The translations under genes and the position numbers were made by a program. From positions 1 to 20,652 of the IMG/VR virus record IMGVR_UViG_3300026512_000004: a stretch of DNA of 20,652 nucleotides. One strand, 5' to 3'. The notes under the pieces are model-generated. The model was not told where the DNA came from, did no database searches, and saw nothing but the letters and a program-made list of their open reading frames with translations. Source of the DNA: a virus. Taxonomy: Duplodnaviria > Heunggongvirae > Uroviricota > Caudoviricetes. Every line of letters begins with the position of its first letter. Position 1 is the first letter of the stretch. Positions 8,404 through 15,736 of this stretch are shown here, piece after piece.

Positions 8404-9260
8404 TGTTTGAACCAGCACCCATTTATAACAGACCACAACCTACACCACAACAACAGAGACCACGTTTTACAAACTTAGGCAGAGTATCACTTCCAATGAA
8501 CAACTTGTTCGAGATATCTTTGGTACGTGACAATACTAATAATTTTAGACCTATTTGTATTATGGCTAGTATGGTACCCGGTATCCAGGATAGTACTAGT
8601 CCTACTGGAAGACGTTATGATATGAATCAACGTATAACACTTATGTTTACTGTACATGAATTGTTTTCTCTAGCAGCTGCGTTGAAGTTATTAGTTGAGG
8701 GACGTATTAGAGATTACGTCAAGTGGAGTGATACAACTAAAATACAAGGTTATCAAGGAGCAGGACTTAAAAAATCTTTTCGTGTAACTGCTGATCCTAA
8801 TAACCCTGGCAAATTCTTTCTTGGAGCAGAAACACAAGGTACAGTACAAAGTAAGTGTTATATCGTGTTAAACTACGATGATATACTTGGTTTAAGTATG
8901 ATAGTAGAACAACTTGCTAAGAGAGCATTGGATTTAACTTTCGAGTTGACCAAGGATTTTAACGGTACTAATGTACAACCCGGTCAACAACCTGTAATAC
9001 AACCTATAACTGTTAACCAACCTGCTCAGAATGTACCTCCAGCTCAAAATATACCACCTGTTCAAAACGTGTCACCTAACGAACCAGTTACTCAACCACC
9101 TGTACAACCTCCGGTAGAACAACCAGTAACCCAAACTACTAATCCGACACAACCCGTTAATCCACAAGAAGTGTTAAATGAAGTTGAAAAGAAAATGACC
9201 AATATTGCCGAAGCGCAACCTGTCACCGGACCAGATTTTAGTGACGTTGTAGAAGTATAA
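8400..9260 (+). CDS. Putative single-stranded nucleic-acid-binding protein, Whirly/PC4-like fold, with Pro/Gln-rich linker and acidic tip
   Basis: RRYDMNQRITLMFTVHELFSL and GAGLKKSFRVTADPNNPGKFFL resemble plant Whirly RQYDWSRKQVFSLSVTEIGTL and EGKVRKVLKVEPLPDGSGHFFNL. About 90 aa of P/Q/V/N low complexity precede the end PDFSDVVEV. The ATG at 8400 overlaps the gp13 stop (ATGA). Confidence 0.55.
   Translation: MMFEPAPIYNRPQPTPQQQRPRFTNLGRVSLPMNNLFEISLVRDNTNNFRPICIMASMVPGIQDSTSPTGRRYDMNQRITLMFTVHELFSLAAALKLLVEGRIRDYVKWSDTTKIQGYQGAGLKKSFRVTADPNNPGKFFLGAETQGTVQSKCYIVLNYDDILGLSMIVEQLAKRALDLTFELTKDFNGTNVQPGQQPVIQPITVNQPAQNVPPAQNIPPVQNVSPNEPVTQPPVQPPVEQPVTQTTNPTQPVNPQEVLNEVEKKMTNIAEAQPVTGPDFSDVVEV
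9021..9074 (+). repeat. Degenerate 18-bp (6-aa) coding tandem repeat, 3 copies
   Basis: cctgctcagaatgtacct / ccagctcaaaatatacca / cctgttcaaaacgtgtca encode PAQNVP PAQNIP PVQNVS. Confidence 0.7.
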
Positions 9261-9273
9261 AACTAAGGTTTTG

Positions 9274-9298
9274 CGGGGCATAATGCCCCGTTATTTTT
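9274..9298 (+). terminator. Intrinsic (rho-independent) terminator
   Basis: Perfect GC-rich 7-bp stem CGGGGCA-taa-TGCCCCG followed by TTATTTTT, starting 13 nt after the stop at 9260. Confidence 0.88.
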
Positions 9299-9304
9299 GC
9301 TTGT

Positions 9305-9339
9305 TTGACACTTTTAAAAATAACTAGCGTAAAGGAGGT
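9305..9339 (+). promoter_or_regulatory. Putative promoter region and strong Shine-Dalgarno site for ORF 9346
   Basis: TTGACA at 9305-9310, then TTTTAAAAA, then AAAGGAGGT at 9331-9339, 6 nt before the ATG. The SD is clear; there is no canonical -10 at 17 bp spacing. Confidence 0.55.
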
Positions 9340-9345
9340 CAAACT

Positions 9346-9813
9346 ATGAGAAAGTTTTATGACGATGTTGTCGAAGTATCACTCGAGGAGGTTCTCGCCA
9401 ATCCTGAAGATGCTATTCTTGAAGCTGTATCACGTAAGCTTCCTGTGGAACTGAAGAAGAAACTTCGTAAACCTACTCTTCGTCGCGAGATGCTTCAGAA
9501 ATGTGGTAAAAAAGCATTTCTTATTCCTGAAGAGCTTAAGTTTCCTGTGATGGATCCTGATACTTGTCAATATGATTGTAGATTAATTTATGCTGCATTT
9601 GTACGCGCCAATCAGTGGAAGAAGAAAAATCCTCGGTATACTGAGGTAGCTGAGAAAGCAAGAAAATTGTACGAAAAAAATAAATGTGATCTCAAGATAG
9701 GTGTGCACATTCGCGAGACCGATGAAATTGTCGAGCTTTCTCAATTTGCTGAATATGTAATGACACTTGTTGAGGATGAAGAGATGATAAACAATAATAA
9801 GTCTTCTTCTTGA
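9346..9813 (+). CDS. Small basic Cys-containing protein of unknown function, resembling a family recalled from nucleocytoplasmic large DNA viruses
   Basis: KPTLRREMLQKCGKKAFLIPEELKFPVMDPDTCQYDCRLIYAAFVRANQW...VAEKARKL matches from memory the giant-virus pattern R..ML.KCG.KCFL.P...FPIC...TC.....G.YAAY.RA.Q......A.KA..L. Strong RBS supports real expression. Confidence 0.5.
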   Translation: MRKFYDDVVEVSLEEVLANPEDAILEAVSRKLPVELKKKLRKPTLRREMLQKCGKKAFLIPEELKFPVMDPDTCQYDCRLIYAAFVRANQWKKKNPRYTEVAEKARKLYEKNKCDLKIGVHIRETDEIVELSQFAEYVMTLVEDEEMINNNKSSS

Positions 9814-9840
9814 ACAGAAATCTAAATCCCAGGTAGGGCA

Positions 9841-10977
9841 ATGCGACTTGTTACTGTTATTGATGCTAAGACTTGGTACCCAACAGATAACTTGTATGGA
9901 ACACTTATTTCGCTGATACATGGAATTAATCTTAATATTGGACGACATATTATAACACGTGTTACCAATGCTCTAACACGTGTTAAATCCGAAAAGAAAT
10001 ATGTTGATTCTGGTGGTTATTCTATCATTGTAGGTGACGTTCACCCCCGTGATTTTCGTTTATTCATCCAATACTATGTCCATTTTCTAGATACTGCTGA
10101 CCCTAATTTGTATGACTATTTATTCTCGCTTGATATACCGGTACTTTTGAAATATCCTAATACTAAAATCACACAGCTGTACGAATACAATAAACTCAGC
10201 TTATCGGAGACGTTTAATGTATTAAATGTAAAACCAGATTTAAAAAAGAAACTCATCTTTATCTGGCAATTTAAAGTTGAAAACGTTTATGAAATGTGGT
10301 CTCAACTCGTTGATGATTTTTCTGTGTATGAACATTTCGACAAGTTTGGTGTTGGTGGGATGGTTGGAATTCGTCGTCTTACTGGCATCTCCTTTACGCC
10401 TTTTATAGGGCCATTCTTTCGTATTTTATATGATTGTCGTAGATACAATGTTCAGCCCAAATTAATTCACTTTCTGGGTATCTCGAACTACACAGATCGT
10501 ATTGTAGGTTCTATTTTACAACATATTTTAAACAAAGTGTTAAATTATGATACTATCATCAGTTATGATACGTTCGCAGTTATAACACGAGGTATGATTA
10601 AACAAAGAATGCCTCGAGAAATACTGGAAATGTACGACAAAGGACGTAGATGGACACGTGAGGAATTAGCCGAAGTAGTACGTGCTAATATTGATTATTG
10701 GGTTAAAGAGGATAAGGAAATAAGTCGTACAACAGAGAGTTTAACTGAAGTTATTACTGATGTTACGAAACCAATTGAATTTCGTGTAAGGGAGTGTATA
10801 TTACGTTTATCACCGCTGAAATTGTCGAATAATCATATTAAAGAACTTGAAACATCCTTGAAGATGTTGACGTTTGCGTGGAATAAATACTGCGAGACTG
10901 ATGATTTACAAGTCTTTAATGAGAAGGTAATGAAACCGTTTATTCGTTTAATTGGATTACCCAATTTGCCGAATTAA
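9841..10977 (+). CDS. tRNA-guanine transglycosylase-fold protein, DpdA-like (putative DNA 7-deazaguanine insertion enzyme)
   Basis: TGT motifs appear in order: YVDSGGYS (cf. DSGGFQ), LFSLDIP (substrate Asp), IFIWQF (Gln), FGVGGMVG (cf. AVGGL), IHFLGIS (cf. YLMGVG), ISYDT (nucleophile Asp). No C-terminal CxCxxC Zn site. Confidence 0.75.
   Translation: MRLVTVIDAKTWYPTDNLYGTLISLIHGINLNIGRHIITRVTNALTRVKSEKKYVDSGGYSIIVGDVHPRDFRLFIQYYVHFLDTADPNLYDYLFSLDIPVLLKYPNTKITQLYEYNKLSLSETFNVLNVKPDLKKKLIFIWQFKVENVYEMWSQLVDDFSVYEHFDKFGVGGMVGIRRLTGISFTPFIGPFFRILYDCRRYNVQPKLIHFLGISNYTDRIVGSILQHILNKVLNYDTIISYDTFAVITRGMIKQRMPREILEMYDKGRRWTREELAEVVRANIDYWVKEDKEISRTTESLTEVITDVTKPIEFRVRECILRLSPLKLSNNHIKELETSLKMLTFAWNKYCETDDLQVFNEKVMKPFIRLIGLPNLPN
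9953..9985. repeat. Two identical 12-bp palindromes (TAACACGTGTTA) with a 21-bp period, inside the DpdA-like CDS
   Basis: Copies at 9953-9964 and 9974-9985; each is its own reverse complement. Confidence 0.75.
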
Positions 10978-10980
10978 CCT

Positions 10981-12267
10981 ATGCCTCTCACACTTAAGCT
11001 TATTGATATCGACAAATTAATCGAACAAGAAAACCTTAAAGAAGTTAAATCTGCCAAACCATATATACGTGAACGTGTAGGTCGATTTGATCCCGAAGGA
11101 CTTTGGTCAGAGGAGATTTTTGGACCTGTTGGTAGTGAAGAAAGACGTAAAAAGTTTGCCTATGTGAATTTAGGAACAGTTATTATACATCCCCAGTTAT
11201 ATCCTGTAGTTGGTCGTCTCTCACCTTCTTTCCAGAAATGTTTAACAGGTAAGGGTAAATTTAAAGTACAAAATGGTAAACTTGTTCAAAGTGATGATGG
11301 TGGTTTCGGACCTCTTTTCATTTACGAAAATTTCGATAAAATTGATTGGTCTCAATATGAACTTAAGGATCCGAGAGCAGTCAAGGCTATATTGAAATAT
11401 GGTAAAAAGATGTTTTACGATAAATGGTTGATACTTCCTGCAGGTGTGCGTGACATATTACAAGTAGGTAAAACCCAACGTGTTCAGTACTCTGAAATTA
11501 ACATGTTATATGTTCAGTTAGTCTCTTTAGTAACAACCGAGGCTAAAAGTATATCTAAATACAGTTTGTCCGTTGCTGTTCAGGAAGTTATTAATAAGAT
11601 AGCTGCGTGGATAAAGAATAGGATGAAAGGTAAGTCTGGTGCTATACGTGGCATGGTACTTAGGAAAACCGTGGACTTTTGTGCAAGAGGTACAATTGTT
11701 GGTAATCCGAAACTTGATATTGACCAGATAGAACTACCGTGGTATGTATGTATCAAGTTATTTGAACCTTTTGTCATACACAAGTTAATGAAAGAGCGTC
11801 AAGACTTAATGCAAATCATTGCTGATGTGTTGGAACTAGAATCTACCCCGAATGTAACTGATTTACAAAGATTTTTACGTGAGGTTGCTGATAATAAGGG
11901 AACAACGATACCACCCTTTTTGCGCGATCAACTACGTGAGTTAGTTGCTGAAATTGTGACAGATAAATTAGTACTTTGTAAACGTGATCCAGTTGAAACA
12001 CGAGCAAACTGGTTTGCTGCTCGAGTTGTAGTCAGTGATGGTACTTATTTCGGTATACATCCATCTATGTGTACTAGACTTCAAGGAGATTTTGATGGTG
12101 ACGCAATTGGTGTTTACGCTGTTTTAACGGAGGAAGCACAGAAAGAGGCAGAGAAGTTGTTACCAAGCAAGTCCAGAACATCTTGGTTATCCGTGAAGAA
12201 CTATGGAGACCAACATCACACTGTAGAATTAGATGCAGCAGCTATAATTTATTACGCAACCTCGTAG
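10981..12267 (+). CDS. rpoC: RNA polymerase beta'-like subunit, N-terminal part carrying the catalytic loop (set B)
   Basis: GLWSEEIFGP, ILPAGVRD, SEINMLY, MKGKSGAIRGMVLRKTVDFCARGTIVGNP, KRDPVETR, HPSMCTRLQGDFDGDAIGVY (cf. NADFDGDQM), EEAQKEAEKLL; ends ELDAAAIIYYATS (cf. SQD.VLGLYY.T). Confidence 0.97.
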   Translation: MPLTLKLIDIDKLIEQENLKEVKSAKPYIRERVGRFDPEGLWSEEIFGPVGSEERRKKFAYVNLGTVIIHPQLYPVVGRLSPSFQKCLTGKGKFKVQNGKLVQSDDGGFGPLFIYENFDKIDWSQYELKDPRAVKAILKYGKKMFYDKWLILPAGVRDILQVGKTQRVQYSEINMLYVQLVSLVTTEAKSISKYSLSVAVQEVINKIAAWIKNRMKGKSGAIRGMVLRKTVDFCARGTIVGNPKLDIDQIELPWYVCIKLFEPFVIHKLMKERQDLMQIIADVLELESTPNVTDLQRFLREVADNKGTTIPPFLRDQLRELVAEIVTDKLVLCKRDPVETRANWFAARVVVSDGTYFGIHPSMCTRLQGDFDGDAIGVYAVLTEEAQKEAEKLLPSKSRTSWLSVKNYGDQHHTVELDAAAIIYYATS

Positions 12268-12273
12268 ACCAAT
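12263..12273 (+). repeat. Left copy of a short direct repeat flanking the helicase gene (CGTAGAC-C-AAT)
   Basis: Contains the beta'N stop (TAG 12265-12267) and runs into the helicase ATG; matches 13734-13743. Confidence 0.5.
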
Positions 12274-13738
12274 GCCTGATTTTGGAGTAGTTTGGGGTGC
12301 ACCATTATCGACACAGTATCAACCACAACAATCTGATGCAGTGGATAATCCTTGTAAACAACTTGATCACAATCAAAAACGGTTATACGATAGGTTAAGT
12401 CGTGGATTTGATGTAATAGTTGCATGGAGCCCATCTGCTGGTAAAACGCGTCCTATTGTTTGTTGGGCATTGGAACAACTACATCCTTTTCTACAGCGTC
12501 ATCAGGTTACTGTAGCAGATCCCAGTCCTATAATTAAAAACATGATTTACGATGCTGTAAGCAAAGGTGTCATAAGACAAGTTATTTGGTTAGTTCCAAT
12601 TAAACAACTATTAGAGGGGATAGCTTCTGACTTAGCGGGATCTATATTAGATGTCATACGGATTTATTATCCTGATTATAAAAGCACAAGTTTAATACCA
12701 GGACGCGAATTTGTAGCAACTATGGGTGAAGGTCAGTATACTGGTGATTTAGACAAGTGTCCATTTGTAGTTGCCATTTATGAGTCATTTGCCGAACACA
12801 TCATTAAATATCAACATCATCCATTGTTGATTGTATTTGACGAGACACAGGAAGTTTATGTCCAAGATAATCAGCGCAAATCATTACGTAAAGCACTTGG
12901 TACTATATTACAAGGATTGAAAGCTCGTTGGAAAAATACGAGATTTGTTATGTTAACTGGTAGTTTACATTCTGCTGATATTGCGCAAGCATATGAATTC
13001 CTTACAGCTTATTTCGGCAATCAACGTAAAATACTTGCAGATTATGTTGATCAACCTAATAGGTCACATTTAATTATCATACCAGATCCACATGTACGTG
13101 ATCCTCAAACTATTAAATACTATGTAACACAGTTGAAAAAAGGTACCTGTATTATTTTGTTTTCTAAACGACTGATAGATGAGTACATGAATTGGGCTCT
13201 ATCACGATTGCCTATTGATCAATCTGTATATACGGAACGTGTGACTGTTAACGGTCAGACTTATCATGTACGTGATGTGCTTAAATTTTTACCTAAGAGA
13301 TTAGCCGAATTAGCAGTACGTCGTGTTACCTATCTTTACCGTGATCTTGACCGTGAATATCTACAGGCTTTACCTTGGATACAAGCATTATTTAGTCAGG
13401 GTATTATAAGAGTTGCATTTGCTACTGATGCTATAGGGAAAGGAGTCACACTTGATATACAGACCTTGATAATACCAACTATAAAGAAGACTGGTGGTAA
13501 ATTGTCACCTAGTGATCTAATACAGTTAGTACACAGAGCAGGTAGAGGTAAACAGCCTGTGGCAAAGATTATTTGTCATCCAGATGACTACGATGTTATT
13601 GTCAAAGCAGCGTTAGCCAATAGGGACACATTTGTAGAACCTGGTACAGTAAAACTTGATAAAATTGATACATTGTTAGTATTTTTAAGTTCAATATTTC
13701 GATCTCTTAGACAATCTAGTGACCACACATTAGCGTAG
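12272..13738 (+). CDS. Superfamily 2 (DExD/H-box, Ski2-like) helicase with two RecA domains and a short C-tail
   Basis: Motif I AWSPSAGKT, Ia LVPIKQL, II VFDETQE, III MLTGS, IV IILFSKR, V ATDAIGKGVTL, VI QLVHRAGRG. Confidence 0.93.
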   Translation: MPDFGVVWGAPLSTQYQPQQSDAVDNPCKQLDHNQKRLYDRLSRGFDVIVAWSPSAGKTRPIVCWALEQLHPFLQRHQVTVADPSPIIKNMIYDAVSKGVIRQVIWLVPIKQLLEGIASDLAGSILDVIRIYYPDYKSTSLIPGREFVATMGEGQYTGDLDKCPFVVAIYESFAEHIIKYQHHPLLIVFDETQEVYVQDNQRKSLRKALGTILQGLKARWKNTRFVMLTGSLHSADIAQAYEFLTAYFGNQRKILADYVDQPNRSHLIIIPDPHVRDPQTIKYYVTQLKKGTCIILFSKRLIDEYMNWALSRLPIDQSVYTERVTVNGQTYHVRDVLKFLPKRLAELAVRRVTYLYRDLDREYLQALPWIQALFSQGIIRVAFATDAIGKGVTLDIQTLIIPTIKKTGGKLSPSDLIQLVHRAGRGKQPVAKIICHPDDYDVIVKAALANRDTFVEPGTVKLDKIDTLLVFLSSIFRSLRQSSDHTLA

Positions 13739-13743
13739 ACAAT
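13734..13743 (+). repeat. Right copy of a short direct repeat flanking the helicase gene (CGTAGAC-AAT)
   Basis: Contains the helicase stop (TAG 13736-13738) and immediately precedes the beta'C ATG at 13744. Confidence 0.5.
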
Positions 13744-15507
13744 ATGGCTACCAAGTATATAACTACTTTAAGTCAAGTTTACAACGAATTATCGCAAGGT
13801 GCAAAACTGAAAGATAAGTATAAATTTCGTCACGCTAAGAAAACTAAGGATCAAGAAATTGTCACAACTTTAGGACGCATTTGGTTTAATTTACTTTTAC
13901 CAGAAGATTATCCGTTTGTAGATGAACCGATTGGGAAAAAGATGTTAAACAACAAAATACTGAAAAATATACTTGATAAATATGGTCCAGAGGAAGCAGC
14001 AAAGGTTGTTAAACGTATTTACGAAGAAGCATTTAAACTATCTTGTTATTTGCCTGTAACATTTGAATTTGAGAAAATTGAGCCACCTAAGTATTTGTTA
14101 GAAAAACGCAATGAACTCGTTAAGTGGATTGAACGAGAAGATCCTAAACCTGACGAGGTAATGCAAAAGATTAAGGAACTTCAAAAAGAGTACGAAAAGT
14201 GGCTTCAGGAAAATGATGTCTTACTTTACTACGCAGTTAAAGGTGGTGCAAAGGGCAGCTTGGCAGATTGGTCGTCAATGACGTTGATACGTGGTTATAC
14301 GACTAATGTTAAAGGTGAAATCTCTAAAAAGCCTATCATACATTCTATGAACGAAGGTTACGACATAGAAGAGTGGCTAAACGCAGCTAACCAATCTCGT
14401 CGTGCTCTATATCTTCAGTCCACACACGCTGCAGAACCTGGATATCTTGCAAGACGTGTTGTCTTTGCCTGTGATCATATTGAAATATCTTCTGATGACT
14501 GTGGAACCACTAAATATTGGAAGATTCACGTAAATGAGCGCATTGCACAAAGTATTAAAGGGCGTTACTACATAGATGGTAGTAAATTAAAAAGAATAGA
14601 TAACCCCGAAAAATTGATTGGTAAAGACATACTTCTACGTTCACCATTGTATTGCAAAGATAAAAATGGAATATGCGCAATTTGTTATGGTGATCTTTGG
14701 AAAGAGTTAGAAACTAGAAGAGTTGGTATTATTGCCGGTGCTATCACTAACACAGTATTATTAGGGTTAAATCTAAAAGCCAAGCACAGGATTATGTTAT
14801 TTGACATAGAAAAAGTAAATTTCATTGAAAGATTAAAAGGTAACGACGAAGCGTTTAAACTCTTAGACATCAAAGAGACTGAGATACGTGCTAAGGAACC
14901 TAGCATTATCTATATAGATAAAAGCGAATACAGAGAATTAGTAGACCTTCCGGACTATATAGTAATACCGGGTGTCTTCTCAATCCAAGTTGGAAACAAG
15001 GAGGTATCTATAGGTGTTCCGTTTAATGTAAAAGTGTTTAAAACTGCGAATACAGAAGAAACGGAAGAAGATATACTAATACGCTATGACAAGGGTGATA
15101 TTATTATTAAACAAGAATATGCAGACGTATCACCCTCTTTCGATGCAGTGGAGAAGTTATTAGAAGCAAGAGCTAAGTACATTAAGAACCCAGAAATTTT
15201 GGTCAATTTAGTTCATGAATTGATGTCGCGTGCTAAACCATTAGACTTAGTACATTGTGAAGTTATAGTTGCTAATATGTTTAGACGTGCAGATAATCCT
15301 AGAGAACCTTGTAGGATAAGAGGAAGTTATAAAAATGCGGTTGTGATAGGCCAAACTAAATTACCGTTTATTGACAGTTGGTTGAAAGCAGTTGCATTCG
15401 AGAATATAGATTATGCATTGACAAATGCATTGATAGATGGAAAATCCGCCAAAGGAACACCGTTGGAGAAAGTATTATTGGCCGACCTACTCGGAAGTGA
15501 GAGTTAA
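13744..15507 (+). CDS. rpoC: RNA polymerase beta'-like subunit, C-terminal part (set B)
   Basis: TTLGRIWFN, KGGAKGS, HSMNEGY, bridge helix ANQSRRALYLQSTHAAEPGYLARRVV, SDDCGT plus LRSPLYC..GICAICYG (Zn site), VGIIAG, HCEVIVANMFR, SWLKAVAFENIDYALTNALIDGK...PLEKVLLADL. Confidence 0.95.
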   Translation: MATKYITTLSQVYNELSQGAKLKDKYKFRHAKKTKDQEIVTTLGRIWFNLLLPEDYPFVDEPIGKKMLNNKILKNILDKYGPEEAAKVVKRIYEEAFKLSCYLPVTFEFEKIEPPKYLLEKRNELVKWIEREDPKPDEVMQKIKELQKEYEKWLQENDVLLYYAVKGGAKGSLADWSSMTLIRGYTTNVKGEISKKPIIHSMNEGYDIEEWLNAANQSRRALYLQSTHAAEPGYLARRVVFACDHIEISSDDCGTTKYWKIHVNERIAQSIKGRYYIDGSKLKRIDNPEKLIGKDILLRSPLYCKDKNGICAICYGDLWKELETRRVGIIAGAITNTVLLGLNLKAKHRIMLFDIEKVNFIERLKGNDEAFKLLDIKETEIRAKEPSIIYIDKSEYRELVDLPDYIVIPGVFSIQVGNKEVSIGVPFNVKVFKTANTEETEEDILIRYDKGDIIIKQEYADVSPSFDAVEKLLEARAKYIKNPEILVNLVHELMSRAKPLDLVHCEVIVANMFRRADNPREPCRIRGSYKNAVVIGQTKLPFIDSWLKAVAFENIDYALTNALIDGKSAKGTPLEKVLLADLLGSES

Positions 15508-15673
15508 AACTTCTCGTACACTGGTTGAACACTTACGTGAAATCGAACGTGAATTAGAATACATTACACAACAATCTAATGAACCAACTACTAAATTACA
15601 TTTACATAACGTACGTTATAAGTTACACGTGTTACTTCGAAAGTTAAAAAACGACGAACTTGAAGTAGATTAG
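15497..15673 (+). CDS. Small hypothetical helical protein (~58 aa)
   Basis: In-frame GTG at 15497 overlapping the beta'C end is more plausible than the track start at 15437 (71-nt overlap). Amphipathic helices LVEHLREIERELEYI and LHNVRYKLHVLLRKL. Confidence 0.45.
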   Translation: MRVKTSRTLVEHLREIERELEYITQQSNEPTTKLHLHNVRYKLHVLLRKLKNDELEVD

Positions 15674-15722
15674 GTCCTTAGGAATACCTACTAATTTCTA
15701 TTTGTAAATTGTAGAAAATAGA
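15671..15722. promoter_or_regulatory. AT-rich intergenic region with inverted repeats
   Basis: TAGGT(15671-15675)/ACCTA(15686-15690); TCTATTT(15697-15703)/AAATAGA(15716-15722); followed by a GAGGG RBS-like sequence before ATG 15737. Confidence 0.3.
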
Positions 15723-15736
15723 GGGTAAGTCCTGAT

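Noticed and set aside
9312-9320. TTTTAAAAA as an archaeal TATA box
   Set aside because: No purine-rich BRE upstream, and the implied start site would fall after the SD sequence; not enough to call an archaeal host.
15437-15496. N-terminal part of the track ORF 15437-15673
   Set aside because: It would overlap the conserved beta' C-terminus by 71 nt; the GTG at 15497 is more parsimonious.
15692-15716. TAATTTCTA...GTAGA resembles a Cas12a direct repeat
   Set aside because: Single copy, the loop is too long, the stem lacks the TCTAC/GTAGA pairing, and there are no spacers or cas genes.
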